The notes under the pieces are model-generated. The model did not search any database and was not told where the DNA came from. It saw only the letters and a program-made list of their open reading frames with translations. A stretch of 64,000 nucleotides of DNA, taken from the NCBI GenBank assembly GCA_023213395.1, contig CM041465.1:137399741-137463740 (forward strand). Reading direction: 5' to 3'. A program made the translations under genes and the position numbers. Below are positions 25,962-40,400 of this stretch, in pieces (within the stretch, counting starts at the first letter, position 1; the number at the start of each line of letters is the position of its first letter). This DNA is from Cycas panzhihuaensis (lineage: Eukaryota > Plantae > Cycadophyta).

Positions 25962-26096
25962 GTTGCTTTTGAAGAGTTAAGGAGTACTTATGACTTTATT
26001 TCTTCAAAATTAGTAAGAAAATTAAACTTAGTACCTATGAAAAAAGAACCTACTTGGGTTGAATCAGTTGACGATGAAACACTTAGGTAAACTAAC
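25962..26096 (+). repeat. Copy of a gypsy protease segment also present at 28084-28215
   Basis: Near-identical ttgcttttgaagagttaaggagtac...acttaggtaaactaa, encoding FISSKLVRKLNL. Confidence 0.88.
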
Positions 26097-26699
26097 TTTA
26101 AGGGCAAATGGTGAGATGAACTTTTCTCTCTTTCTATTCCCTTATGTCTAACATCTATCATTAGTAATAACAACCATTCTAAATAATAGGATTCAAAGGA
26201 AAGAACGTGGCATGGTCAACTGCAAATTGTTGTAGTGATTGAAATACTAGCTTGATTATGACTATAATAATACCACTGCTATAACTACTTCAAGACATAC
26301 TAATTAGTAAATATGGATAATAGACTCGACCTTGCATCAATTATAGAAAAGAACTGGGTCTTAGAAAAAAGCTTAGAAAAGATGATAAGTAGTAGAATTA
26401 AAACTTAAGTTAGAAAATAAGGGAAGGGAATACTTGATGAATAATGATATGTTAAATGAAGAGCAATATCAAGACAAGCATGGATTTGTGAAGTCAAGTA
26501 TAGGAGGATCCACATCAAATAGTAAGAAAAGTGAAAGCACAACAATAATAAGGAAGGATAAAAATGGGGCAAGGGGCAAAAACAAAGGGGGAACGTTAAG
26601 AAGGGAACATAAACCACAAAGTAAAAAGAATGTAAGTAGTTGGAGAAAGGTGAATCAAATAGAAGCTTTGAAAGCTTAGGGACTGCCTCTAGCTTGAAG

Positions 26700-26975
26700 G
26701 ACACTTATAGTTCTAATAGCCTCAATGAGTCTAATATGTAATCTCAATCGAGTCTAGAAAGACGACATCACTTGTTATGAACTAATAGTTGCACATTTTT
26801 AGGTGAACTAACATGTTTATTGGGTAATGGCAACCTTTTACATCATATTTAAGATGTAGAAGATCAAAGTAGGTTATTGTGGTGTCTTATTTTGGAGCAT
26901 TTGTTATTTGTTGGCTAGCATAGGCAGTAGTGATTCTAAGAGGAGCCCTTGCCTTGAAGAGGATTAGCATTCATC
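26700..26975 (+). other. RLK-motif mosaic island (non-coding); weaker signal also at 26097-26400
   Basis: SNSLN, ICNL, YELIVA, LGELT, NGNLLHH (26826-26846), GYC, SIGS, RGLAF (26958-26972). Confidence 0.55.
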
Positions 26976-27099
26976 TTATTTAACTCATTTTCTATATTAT
27001 TTTTTTATAATTAGCATATTTTTATTAATTGGTGTTATTTATTAGTCGATATATGTTATTAAACCCATTGGATTCATAATATTACCATAAAAGCAAAAG

Positions 27100-28480
27100 A
27101 AGAGAACAAAAGGAAATAAACCTGTATAGTAGAAAATTGAAACTTCTAAACTATGAAGGAAAAAGAGGCATGGGAGAAGAGATAAAAAATTGGATACATA
27201 AGCTAAGAAGATACTTTAAGACTAGGTAGTTATATCAAGACCTCAATAACCACATATTAATTAATAAGACTTCCACTCACTTAGTGGCATGACAAACTCC
27301 ATAGTTACAAAACAAAACCAAAGTTTATCCCTTAGAATAAATTAAAAAAGATTTTTTGTAATAAATTTATCTTTGAAAATTTCTTATAAGATAGTCTAAA
27401 TGTTTTTTGCAATTTAAAGCATAGAAGCCTTAACATAAGTGAGCATAAAGAAAAATTTGAAATCCTTAATAGATTTATACATATTATCTAAGGAAAGGAT
27501 CAACTTATAAGATTCATTAATGGATTGAATTGAGAATGTTGCACTTATGTATGGGTTGATAAGCCTAATTTAATGAGAGATATGAAGAGCAAAGGAGTGG
27601 AGAAAAAAGGAGGAGGGAATGGTTGCATGAAAGGGAAGGTGCTTGCATGGGCAGTACGCTTAAGACACAAAAGAAAGAGATATAAAGTAAGTAGAAGGGA
27701 TGGTCACAAAGACAAGGATAGCAACTAGGATTATTGAAGCATTGAGACTTCTACTAGAGGCCATAATAGCTCTTAAGAGGAATAGTCTGGCTGAGATTTA
27801 TATGGAAAACCTCCTAGGTAGCTAAGTAATTAAAATCAAGTCCAAAATTAATGAAACAAATTTAAAACTATAAATTATTGGGACTGCAAAGAAGCACACT
27901 CAAGATAGAATTGTTTCTAATTTAGGACATATAGTCATCCCAAAAGTGCTATAGCTTCGATTGTAACAGCGTTAATACCCTCACAACAATAGATGCACAT
28001 ACATGTTATAATTCAATTAAGGAAAATATATATGTAATTATCTTTCATGCAAGTAAATGACAAAATAAATGAATAATATTTCATTGCTTTTGAAGAGTTA
28101 AGGAGTACTTATAACTTTATTTCTTCAAAATTAGTAAGAAAATTAAACTTAGTACCTATGAAAAAAGAACCTACTTGGGTTGAATCGATTGTGATGAAAC
28201 ACTTAGGTAAACTAATGTTATTTTAGAAAATTTAATGTTTGAGATAAATAAATACCAAATATATAGAGATTTTCAATTGCTAGATTTGGGAAAGTATGAA
28301 GCCATAATAGGCATGGTTTGCTTAGAATCCATTAGTGCGTATATAGGTTGCCATAATAAGCAAGTCATTATGACCAAACATCCTAACAGAGTTATTGTTA
28401 TTTAAGTAAGGAGAGATCCACAGTTATAGACACTTCTACAACATAAGTTAAAAGGTGTGCTTGAAAGGGATGTAAACTTT
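27100..28480 (+). mobile_element. Degenerate Ty3/gypsy gag-protease fragment
   Basis: HKEKFE and RFINGL (gag); STYNFISSKLV and DLGKYEAIIGM (aspartic protease). Confidence 0.7.
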
Positions 28481-28599
28481 TCTTTGATTTAATATAAGTA
28501 GTCTTTCTTTCTCTTTATAGAGAAGAAAACAATTATGTTCTTTCCTTTTCTTTCTAGAATGTTAATAATTAATTAAATTATTTTATTTTTATTTTGTTT

Positions 28600-31100
28600 A
28601 AGAATTACTAATTAAACTATTATGGGGTTCTTATTATTTTAGGGTATGATTGGGCACTAGTGACAACTTTTCTACCTATCGATGTTAATAGTGTTAATAG
28701 ATCATGCCACCTCAACTAAAGAAATTGCCAATCAGACATGGCATATCTCGAAAAGCAAGTGAGCTATCATTAGTTTAACCTCTCTTTTACATCCCCAAAC
28801 CTTGTCCCAACCTCCAACACAAACACACATACTAGATAATGTATTAAGATAATTAAAACATAATATACATATATTTACTAGATGATACTTGCACATACAA
28901 CACACACATTCATATTATAAATGTGTATATTGTTTATTACAATGAATACAAACTATTAGATACATATATGAATACAAACTATTATTACAATGAATACAAA
29001 CTATTATTACAATGAATACAAATGATTTAATAGAAATAGTCCCACCAAAAGTTGAGACTCAAATCCAAGTATTTCAATTGTGTGAAAACAAAAACATTGC
29101 CCATTATTCGCCATCGGATAACGAGAAGGATAAGTATAAGGGTAAGGCAAAAAGGAGGTCAAGTCCATTAAATGACGATGTCAACTTAGCATCATTCCAT
29201 TGGGCATCTCCCTTCCACGAAGACACACAATGTAGTTCACTTTAAGAGAGCCAACCTCTCCTTAAACATGAAGTCAACATAGGAGACAATATTGTCTTTG
29301 CAAAGGACAAATGCTGACACAATTCCATCGACTTATTTTGTTGTTTCGCACTTCCACCTTCCAATGGAAGAGTTATCAAATATTCTTAAAATTGAATCAA
29401 CATAAGTCAAATTAATTATTCAAAATAATTAAAATATTTATATATCAATTTATAATTAAAATAAACAAATAAAACAACAAATTAGATACACAAAAGCAAC
29501 TAGTTTTTCATCATTAAACGATTCATCAATAATTGTCCTATTCTATGTTTCTTCCAAACTCATATAGAACAATAATTCCATTATGTACTAGAAACAAGAA
29601 GAGAAATTTGTAGAACAAAGACACCATTCATACATCTATTTTCTATTCTATATTTATTATAAAAGAACACAAGATATTAGTAAAATTTAGGTTGGGAATT
29701 AAAATTAAAAGATGAGAGCAAACTATCACATTTATGATTTATGATACAGCTTAATTGTTTTCTTCTTATTCAAGAAGTATGAGAAAATGAGAAAATAAGA
29801 CATAATATTGCTTTTAAACAATCTTCATTAAAAATAATGAAAACACTTCATGTAAAGGGAAAAAATTTAGAAAAAAAAATTAAAACAAAATTAGTACATT
29901 CATCTACATACTCTCACCAATAGCTATAGCTATTGATCTTTGTCTCAAAGATATAATACAAGATCAATTGTATCATAGAATGGAACCCCAAAAGGGGCTC
30001 TTATAGGCTAAAGATGACAATAACGTGGTGTTTGTTTTCCTACTCTTCCGTAAAATAAGAAATTAGCAAAACACGTCACTTAGACTATGACCTAAAAGTA
30101 AAACAATAAGATAGAAAACTCTTGCATTTCAAATACAACATCGTTAAATTATTTTTAGTGATAAGATATTGCATTTCAAACACGCCATGGTTCAATTTTT
30201 CCTCTTTGGTCAAGAATGTAAGAAAATATGGTACTAAGATCTAGATTCTAGTGCAACATTCTGAAGATCTTCAACTAAGAAAGAAAATGTGCAACTAATA
30301 TTTTTATAGAAATAGATGAATATTTTTTTTATACAAATAAATTGGGAATTTATATTTCATGGTAAAGCAAATTTGTTCAATATTATGTTATTCATTGATA
30401 AATTTGTATAATAATATTCTATAAAATAATATATATTAATATATTAAATATAAATATTGTAATGTGCAATAAATATTGATGATTTCTTTATTCTTACATC
30501 AATTACTCTACTTTGAATAATAAAAAAGTAAGAAGAAATAGTAAAAAAAAAAAAAAAAAATTCTAAAATTAAAATAAAAAACAAACACATCAATATGAGA
30601 AATAGAGTAACAAGAAGAGATAAGATAATGAATTCAAAGTATATTCCACCACTCTCGTCAATACAATTGTGATTTATAGGTTGTGAATAAAAGTTAAAGT
30701 ATGATATAGCAAACTATTACATTTCAATATGACATACCTAATTATTTCTCACTACCAAAGATATAATGAAGATAAAGAGAGATAAGACAAGTTGAGAGAA
30801 TCATATCAACATAATCTTGAGATTGGAAATATATTTATGTAGGTTTTATAAAGCAAATGCATGTGATTTTCTCCATCTAAATTGGTAAAGGAAGTTTATT
30901 CTAGTTTACATTTATTTTAATAAAATTTCACTAGATATTATGTTGTTCATGACAATTAAATTGAAAGTTATGAATTTGGAAATATAATATAATATATATT
31001 TTTATTAGTATGTTGAAAAAAGATATTATGATGTATAATAATGTGTTATGGCAATTCCATTCTTTTGTTTGTATTCACACATCAATAATAATATCATTAT
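28600..31100 (+). other. RLK-motif mosaic island J, interleaved with very AT-rich spacers
   Basis: YGVLI (28621-28635), DWA, DNFS, KEIAN, MAYL (28738-28749), SLTSL, IRHR (29106-29117), YKGK, FHED, CSSL, TIPS, LPPS, SNIL (29376-29387), EIGN, FYKA, IGKGS (30881-30895), VVHD. Confidence 0.55.
28938..29022 (+). repeat. Minisatellite with a 22-bp unit (acaatgaatacaaactattatt), about 3.5 copies
   Basis: atgaatacaaa recurs four times. Confidence 0.85.
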
Positions 31101-31499
31101 AACTTTGTCTTTAATAATAAAAAGGAAAGATAATGCTTTAGTGGCAAAGAAAAAAAAGAAAAGCAAAAACTATTCATTGAAATAAAGAACAAGTGTATCA
31201 TGTAATGGAATAATGAAATTAGTTTATATGCTAAAGATAATAATAATGCTAAAAATAAGCTAGCAAATTGCCCTTTTAAGGAAAATCCACAAATAAATAC
31301 TCCATTATTATTTCAAATAAATGTCTAATTATGTTATTACACCATGATGTGCATTTTAAATATGGCAATCACCAATATTTTAACCACTAAATTATGCATG
31401 ATACAAGTAAATATTAGATATTTGACAATATCTTTTAACATCCTCCCTTAATATTGACTTTAAGAGGGGTATTAAAAAAAGTATCATTATTTCAACCCC

Positions 31500-32100
31500 T
31501 ACTTGATGATTTTAGTTATTTAAGGATTTGTTAAAGCTACAACCTATTAACAAGTGGTTTAGTAGAAGACATCTATCCCAAAGGACACCAAATAGTTCCA
31601 TTACTGTCCCAGTCATATATAAAAAATATGTATAATTCAAGAGGCTCAATTCCTTGAGTAATGCACATTACCTATAACATAAATAACTTTAATTATCATG
31701 TACATGAGCAATGACAAGAAAACCAATTTCATCAAGAAAGGTTTGATCCACAAAGTTTCTTTGATTAATTGAATCAACTATCAGCCTATAATAAGGCGAG
31801 TAAGATATTATAGCCCTGTCAACTATAAGGATAGACCGTAACCAAGATGAAAAATAATCATGTTGACTTTCCACCAATCACTTGTCTAATTAAAATCAAC
31901 AGCTAATCAACTCCAAAATCACCACTTCAAATTATTCATATTAAAGACTTGGATGGATAATACCTTAAAGATATCAGAGAATTTTCTCGGTAACATCATT
32001 GCTAACAAGATTCATATATCCCATAACCGAGAATAAACACCAATTATATATGAGATGTTAACTCGAGTATGTCTAATATATCACCACAACACAAAACAAC
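31500..32100 (+). other. RLK-motif mosaic island K (non-coding)
   Basis: IVPL, GSIP, MTRKP, DRP, FLGN, ISHNR, TPIIYEMLT (32037-32063), EYV. Confidence 0.5.
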
Positions 32101-32109
32101 CTTAATTAG

Positions 32110-34200
32110 TGGGAGAGAATCATAATGATGCTGAGTTTCACCCACTAAAATGAGAAGAATAAAATTGAGACTACTATTTATTTGAAGCATCTAACCAAGA
32201 AACAACAAAGTAAAGCAAACCAATCATCCCAAAATTATTTCATGTTTGTCTTTGATATATATAAATAGAAGTGGAAAGTTGCAACCACGATGACCATATC
32301 ATCTATAAAGAACTGTAAGTGTAATCTTATTACCTCGAATGTGCTAGAGATTGGAATCACTCATATCTAGAAAATCCATGATTGTCAAAGAACACAGGAT
32401 CACTTAATTTTTTTTTTTTAATATTTAGCCTTAAAATGCTGCTGTTTCAAAACAATACAAAGACTTCTTGGATTTACAAACTAGGATCATAACCAAATTC
32501 ATAATTAGGGAGGTTAGACCATGCAACTTTGCTCTTTAAGATCATAATTTAAGAAAAGATTTTTTGACGTCTGCTTGATGAAATTACAATATAAATTTAA
32601 TATCCAAAGAAATAAAAACTTGATAATATTTATTTTAGTAATCATAGGAAAAAGTCTCAATATATAATTAACTTTATCGCATTTCTAAGAAACCCCTAGG
32701 CTACTCAATCTACCTTTATATTTCTTAATATCATAATCAAAAATAAAAATAAATTTTGTTTAATAGACCCATTTGTAACTAGGTTCTTATAAAGTAAAGC
32801 ATTGCCTCTATATAATTTTTTTATCAAAGCATCATACTACTCACCCATAAAGAGTATTCTAAAAGGGATTGTCCACTCTAATTTTCATCAAAAAGATTCG
32901 TGAGTCTTCAAGTTCTATTTCCTTGTCCATAAGAGCATAATTAGGCTTTGAAGCATTTAAGTAAAAAAAGTCCTTAGGAGTGAAAAGAATTATACATATC
33001 AAAATTAATTATGGTAAGTGTTTTTTGAAACCATTTAGGTTGTCTTTGAGTATTTGAAGTTTCCAAATAATCTAAATTTACATTATGAGAATCATTTAAT
33101 CATATTAATGACCACCACAAATATGAGAGATAAGGAGAAGAAACATGACCACTTGAGATAGAAATACTTGAGCCTAAAAAAAGTAATGCCATGAGATGGA
33201 ATATGAGTAGCTGCTATTTATAAGAGGAAGCAAAGAAGCACTAACATACTCATGAGAAGGATAAATGTATAAACCATTTCCCCTCATCAACCTTAGCATA
33301 ATGATTAATAAATACTTTATTAGAAGTAGGATCAAAGTGTTTATACATTTTATACTCTTTACTACAAATCCTTATAAAAGATATATCTTGTACTTTTTAA
33401 ATCTAATACTTCTCTCTTCATTTATTAGCAAATATAAGGTTGTAGAACACTACAAAAAGATCTAGAGATATGGCACTATAGGTTTCCTACTCAACTATTT
33501 TTCTTCAAGAGTAATGTTAAAAAACAATACTAACATGTAGATGTGATTTAATAGATAATTAGTACAAATGATGATTTCAACCTTACAATTTTAGTTCTAA
33601 GCCCTTAAAATATAGTAGTATATGTAATATGCCATTTTAACAAGAGTTATGTTTTTTCTTCCATACTACACCATTTTTATCGAGGTACATATAATAGAAT
33701 ATCGAAAATGAATGTCATTCTTCTTTCCAAGGCTTCAACATATTGAATTTATAACCTAAATTGATTCTAGAAAAGGGGTTTGAATTCTAAGAAATCGCTT
33801 ATCAAAACAAATCACTTTTTGTTGTTTAAGAATATAAATCCAATATTTATATGAAAAATCATCAATGAAAGTAAGTAGATATTTTCTTCCTTAATATAGA
33901 AGTTACTTGGAAATGGTCCACAAATATTAAAGTGTATCAACTCAAGAGAATATTAGGCTTTAAAAATAACCTCAAGAAATAAAGAATCTTATGTGACGCT
34001 TTATAATACATTCCTCAAAGCATAATATATTATGGAGAGATTATGAAATAACTATATTATGCTTTTTGCAAAATATTTGAATTACCCATACTGATATTAC
34101 CAAATAAAAAACAAGTTATAACTTATTAAAAGAATCAAAATAAGCAATGTATGAAGAAAAAGCAAATCTCATACCCATATTCTTAAACATCCTACCTCTT
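32110..34200 (-). mobile_element. Highly degenerate Ty1/copia integrase-RT fragment
   Basis: Minus strand reads NICGPFP (about 33920), a D(Y)..SFTP-like motif (about 32990) and IE*PRGF (about 32700). Strongly AT-shifted. Boundaries approximate. Confidence 0.7.
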
Positions 34201-34399
34201 CTACTAGTCCATTCTGTTATCATATGTTATATAAAACCATTGTTATGAATCATTAGTAATTAAGAAATAACAACCCAACGATTCTCCATAATTCCTTTTA
34301 CAAAACCTTTTTTGTAAATTCAACCTTATAAATTTTTTGGACAAAGTTGGTAAAACAAAGGTTGCTTGGGAAAGCAAAGAGTGCCCAAATCAGGGAGCA

Positions 34400-37300
34400 T
34401 TCCTCCCCGGAGGGGCCCCTACTGCGTAAAAGAGCTACAAAAAATGGGTCCGTGGATGCATAAACGAAGCTAAACGAGTATAAAACTCAAGCATGCATAG
34501 GAGTGGCACGCAAAACGCCGACAAAAGGGCCCTACTTAAAATGCATCGGAAGGGTGCCATAAATGCATCCGCAAGAAGAAGCTTAGTCAAGGCTATGGGA
34601 GCACAACAGAGACAAGGCCAAGGCAAAGGTGATTCTGGGATAGAGACGCATCCGTAGGGTCAGTTAATAGGGAGAAAATAGGAGACAAGGCCATTGGGGT
34701 CCCTATATATGAAATTCACGTGAAAAAACAGATTCATTTTCACTGCTTAAGAGAATCCGCACTCCATTCTCTTACGCGCAGCCAGAAAGCAATTCACCTA
34801 ACCTTTGGAGGCACGCGAGGGAGATTGGACCATTGGATCAGAGCGAGAGGAAAAATCTGCTGGGGACCGGGCTGAGACGAGATAACGAAAGTGGGCAAGT
34901 TGCGTCGCATCCAAAGGGAGTGGATCCCACAAAACCCAAACCCCCATCTCGTTGCTCAATTTTTTATTGCTTTTGTTATTTTTACGTGAGCCTTTTGGGA
35001 ACCCATATGAGTGCGAGAAAAGGGGCTCCTGGAAAGTTCGACTGGGACCTGTAAAAAGAGGCAAGATCGGCATTAGGCAATGCCTATGGTCTCAAAGTGG
35101 GATACCGCCAGGCCCACCAAGAAGATTTTTTATTTTTTTCGTAGGAAAACCCCCATTTTGCCTTGGTGTTGTCAGCACCAAGCAACAAAGAGACAGCCCG
35201 CTGCGGCCGCGCGATCTTTTGCCGCGGGGCCCCGATCAATTTTTCAAGAGATCTGTGGCTAAAACTGTGGTATCATGCTGGGTTCGCGCAAAGCATGCAA
35301 AAAGCAGAATCGGGCAGTAAACAGGAAGATATCATTGAGGCCCCTAAATCTCCCGAATACTGTGGAGCCGATGGATGGTTGAAGGGACAAAGAGCTAATG
35401 TAGGCTGGAAGATATGACTAGTTTCATGGTGTTTCAGACAGGTGTTATGATCGTGGTGGAGAAGTCCGCACGCAGAACATGTGCATGGCGCAGTGTTGAG
35501 CCTTGCATCGATGATGAGCAGGAGGACAAGGCGAGTCCTATGGAGATGCAAAAAGTTGTTGAAGGTGGTGAGGACACCCTCAAGACATATGCCTGGACGA
35601 GAGGTCGCCGAGCCGATATCAGTGTCACAATCGATCTGAGGAGGCACGCTTTTTCCACCTATCCTGTGGAGATGTAAGAGTGACACCTGGGACATTAGAT
35701 GGATAGTAGGAGTAATACGCTTAATCGGGAGGCCGACAGCACTAGGAGCTTATGCTCTAGCAAATGAGGTAGCACACATGGAGGCAAAATGAAGCATTCT
35801 TTGCTGGTGATTAGATAGATGGGAGAGGCGTGAAGGCCTCCGCGCACAAAATGCGGTCATTACGTCGTGATTTCTCAGTGAGGAAATTGACATTTTATGC
35901 ATTCTCGTTCGTGTTTCGTAGAAACAAAACTATAAGGACATCCCAGACAGGGTATGGATGGATGTAAGCAGCCCATGCAAGGCCGACGAGAGGATGGATC
36001 GTCCACTGGCGCAAGGGCGAACCTCGCCGCATGCCTAGACTCCATCGCAGCAAAGAAAGTCGTGTGGAGGATTGTCATATAACACATTATTACAAAGCGT
36101 TAGTTTTTTGATCGCTTTGGGGCAAGGGCACGTCAAAAGGGACCACACCCTATTCAGAGGGCCCCGGCGGTCCATGTGATGGCGCATCAGACCGAGGGAC
36201 AGAGGACCGTGCTCATGTCCGGACGCCATGGAGGCCACATCAGCACCTCCTCCTCACCAAGGATGGACCATACAGCGCATCCATACAAAAGTGCTGAGGT
36301 GGGACAACGATGGCGATGAGGCAGAGGAGTAGGGGTGCCCCTGTGAGACGACATGAGGCGTAGATGAGGTGATGGGGGTCCATCACGCACTGTAGGGAGA
36401 GGTAGGTCCTGCTAGGGACATCAGTGGAGGAGTAGGGCCATCCGGGATCGCCGGCAGAGAGGCAGCCCATAAGGGGCCGCAGAGGCAATGCGCCAGCTGA
36501 CACCTATCAGGCTGCCATCGTGAGGAGATCCTGAGAGGTGACAGAGAGCCAGCCACTTGAGAGAAGGGAGGCCATAGTAGAGGAGGTACCAGAGGAGAAG
36601 GTACTAGCAAACGCGTAGTGCTGAGGGGGAGGCAATGCCTGAGTCGCAGGCACCTACCGTACTAAGTGAGACATAGCCTTTTCCTATCATGGTGATAAGT
36701 AGTGGTAGGAGAGACTTCGTGGGATGGAGGGAGGCCCCGTGATCATAGAGATGGAGCAGGATCGTCTAAAAGCGCCGATCATTGGTTGAGGACATGGTGT
36801 CAAGGTCAAGCACTGAGCAAGACATGCATATTATTAAAGAGTGATGACCCCGAGGAGGCCATGAGACAAGGGGAGTGAGGTAGGGAGCTCGTGGAGACCC
36901 AGGAGGAGTCTCAGAGATGTAGTCCCCGTGAGAGGAATCACACCTACTGTGAGATGATGCCCCGGGAGCAGGGCAATAGTAGAGTAGTATGCATGTACTT
37001 GATTTGACAAGGAAAGCGGCCTCCAAGGGGACCATATATAGAGTCATATGATTGTACCCCCTATAAGGACACCGGCCCATATGTATGATACGGCTACATG
37101 ATTTTGATGTATATATAGACAAGGTGATTGGTACCCCATTTTGATATGTGATGATTTGTATATTTTGTTTGATAATTAATATGTATGGTTTGTATTTTGT
37201 TATGATTATTTGTCTGCTAGTTACATATTTCTTTTCATGCAAGGTCAGATACCTAATCGAGCACACACGCACTACTAGTAGAGGTGATAGTATGTGGGGT

Positions 37301-37480
37301 TAGGAAACAGAGCGACACGGATGTCCACATGGGAGCATAAGTGGATATACAAAGGAAATACTAAGTGAGAGGGGGAGAACGATACTCTAGAGCATCGCCC
37401 TAACTGGGATGACCAAATAGAGGACAAGGCCCTAAGGAAGAATGGGAACAAGGGTTCCAATGGAGGAACCAAGAAAACAA
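34400..37480. mobile_element. GC-rich non-coding retrotransposon sequence (LTR or 3' untranslated region), unresolved
   Basis: Abrupt GC/CpG rise, TATA-like ccctatatat at 34701 and no credible ORF. Abuts the gypsy integrase end. Confidence 0.45.
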
Positions 37481-37489
37481 AAGAGACTA

Positions 37490-40400
37490 TCCTAAACCAC
37501 CCTTCCACCCATGGTCGGAGAAAAGGGAACAAACTTAAGATAGTAGTTTAGGCTCATTTTAGAGCTGCGGACGAGGTGACAAAGAAGGTCACGAGTAAAA
37601 CTTCTTAAGGAATTTCCTAACGGCTTCAAATTCAAGACCCTCCTGTGGTGGCGATCCTCAGAGGCGCCAAGCACGAGGCTCTCGACAATGACAAAGGGCC
37701 AACCCATCCGGGCCTCGACTCTGGCCAAGGGCCAAGTAAGATATTCCAGCTTGAGGACATGGTCCCCGGAAACAAAGGACTGGAATGAAGATGTTTATCG
37801 AGGTCCTTTGTGGAGCGAGCTTTGATGCTAGGTTAGCCCTCGGTAGGTAGCTGCCGCCTCTCACCCAAAGATTCGAGGTCCAAGAGGCGAGCCCGGTGGA
37901 TCGACCTCATCGATGAGACCTCAAGAGAAACTCGCAGGAGGGAATCTCAACTAGGTGGGGCACGAGCCCACTAAGTGCTCACAAGGTTTATCATCTTCAA
38001 GTAATCCACCCCATGGATGACCTTACTCGAATAGATGAAGTGCCGGAGGAAGTAGAGCAACGGGACCATGGTGGTCATCAGTTGTCCAATATCCCATGCA
38101 CTCTAAGGGAGAGTCAAGAAGGGCCCTCGTATGAGCGTAAAGGTAGTTCTTCAAACCATCACCGCGGGGTGGTGAAGATGAAGAACCAAGGACCTGGGTC
38201 AAAACGTAATGATATGTGTCACAAAAGGATGACTAGTCTCACTAATGAAAGAGGTTCCGTGGGGATCTAGAACGAGATAGGTGCATCCTACTAGTGTAGA
38301 GGAAAGAACGGGGTGAAGAAAGCCTCATCCTCGCCATGAGACTCATTGTCGCTAAATGAGGTGAGGTACTCATAGCTCCCAACACCAATAGAGGCAAAGT
38401 GTATAAGACTATGAGAAGAGGATGCGAGATCTTCTTCGATGTGAGATAGATTAGTATGCCGATGGAGCAAGTCGAGGTGTGAGCGTATGGGCCTGGCTTG
38501 CCCGATCGACAGTGGTGAGTTTGTTTAATGTGGATGCTCACAGAGACAACTCTCATCCGCCCATCATGGATGAACTTACAGGTGGCCCCAACGAGTCGAA
38601 CACACGACCCCATCTAGTCAAGCCATGGTCGATCTAAGAGGAGATTGTAGTCGACGCCAACGCCAACGACTACAATGTCTACGAGGATAGTCTTGCCCTC
38701 GAGAGTGAGTGGGATCAAAATGATCCCAATGGGTCTTTTCACACCACATAGTTTTGTCATCGCCATGGAATAGGTTCCAAGGCAGAATACCAAGCTCTTG
38801 CATAACACGCAAGAGCATAAGATTCACTAAGAATCGCTGTCACAGTCAGAGGGTACAACAGTGTGTCTATGGTGATGGTGAACGAGAAGTTCTATTGGCA
38901 TTCCCTTTCACACGAAGTAGATCTTTAGATCAAAAAGAAATGACAAAGCTCATGGGCTTGGGTAACACCCAAAGCGTGAATGGGCGGTCATTCGATCCTA
39001 AAGCTTCCAAAGGAGAGTCCATCGCTTGGGACAACTCCTCAAAACATCCATCAAGGACATTCCCGCAAAGGATAGTATGGAGTTAGTCAACGATAAAGAA
39101 AGGCTTACCCTTTGAGGAGGTTGCAAGCACTCTTCGTAAATTGTAACCACTGTGATGTACGGAATGGCCTTGGGAAAAAGTGACACTTCTGGAGGAGAGT
39201 TTTTCAGAAGACGATTGGAGTAAGGCAAGAAGAGGCACCAAATGCCTCTTTAGCGCTTTGAGACCTAATAAGGGCATACAAAGGAGTAGCCTCAAGATTT
39301 AGATCACCTTCTTTCCCTTATTCCGGGACCGCCAAGGTGATGGAGTACGCCGCTAGGGGAACGAGGAAGAGGACGATCCCGAGCGCCTTCCCTTTATCGC
39401 GGTAGGATCGGGAATTCTGGATCTTCCTCCGGCTGTTTTTGGGTCGAGTGTTACGATCGTGTTCCCCATGTTCGGGGAACTGATCCTCGTGTGGATCTGG
39501 TTCCGATTAGGCCTCGAGGCCTGCTTAGGGATGAGTCATGTTGAGGGCATCCATGAGATGTTGGGCCCTACAACATGAGTCATCATGGAAGATTTCCCCA
39601 TGAATGGAACATTCACTTTCTCAAGCAAAAATCTGCCTTCATTGCTTGAGAGGACCGGGTGTTACCATTCCTGTGGAGGGAAGCTTGAGTAGCTTGTTGG
39701 ATTTGTTTGTTAGAAGTTGGTGATAAAGGAGCTTATAGTTTGAGTTCTTTTCATCATACGCTCAAATGAATGTATAATGGATGTAAGTGGGTCTAAAGTC
39801 TTCGCTGATGAGAAGAAGACCTAAAAGATTGTTGAGGTTTAATATCTTTAGTTGGAGGTGGTGCCTCACGCCGTCAGGAAGGCTTGAGAGGCTTCGAGTC
39901 CAACCTAGATCTTAATAGCCTCAAGTTCTAAGCACTTTGCAATAGCGGAGTCACATGTGGTCGCCCCTATTTTAAGGACTTCTACGTGGACTTCAGGACG
40001 AAGTGCATTAACGAAGAGATCCCTCTTCAACTCCTCGGGCAACGTAGCCTTAGTAGAATGAAGAAGGTCATGGAACCACCGTACAAAGTCACGATTCATA
40101 TCATCTTGACCTTGTTTGAGTGATGAAAGAGATCTCATTCCACTTTCAAATGGGCGAACATCAAAATAATTGATGAACTCATCCATAAGTTACTAGAACA
40201 AAAAAATGGAATGAGCTAGAAGACGATAAAACCACTTAAGGGCATCGCCAGAAAGATCGAATAAATAGTTTAATTAAGATGTGGTCATAGGCCCGTGAAT
40301 CAATACACGCCATGTAGAAACTACACGAACGCATTACGCTGGTCTGTGAGGAAGTTTCATCAAATTTAGGAACTTGGAGGATGAGGCGATGGATTGGTTC

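Noticed and set aside
25988-26096. RLK-like words (STQV, FNFLT, FEEIK) on the minus strand
   Set aside because: The plus strand here is gypsy protease, so these are chance matches. Recorded as a caution about by-eye false positives.
28938-29022. CRISPR-like array
   Set aside because: Simple tandem minisatellite without unique spacers, in a eukaryotic context with no cas genes.
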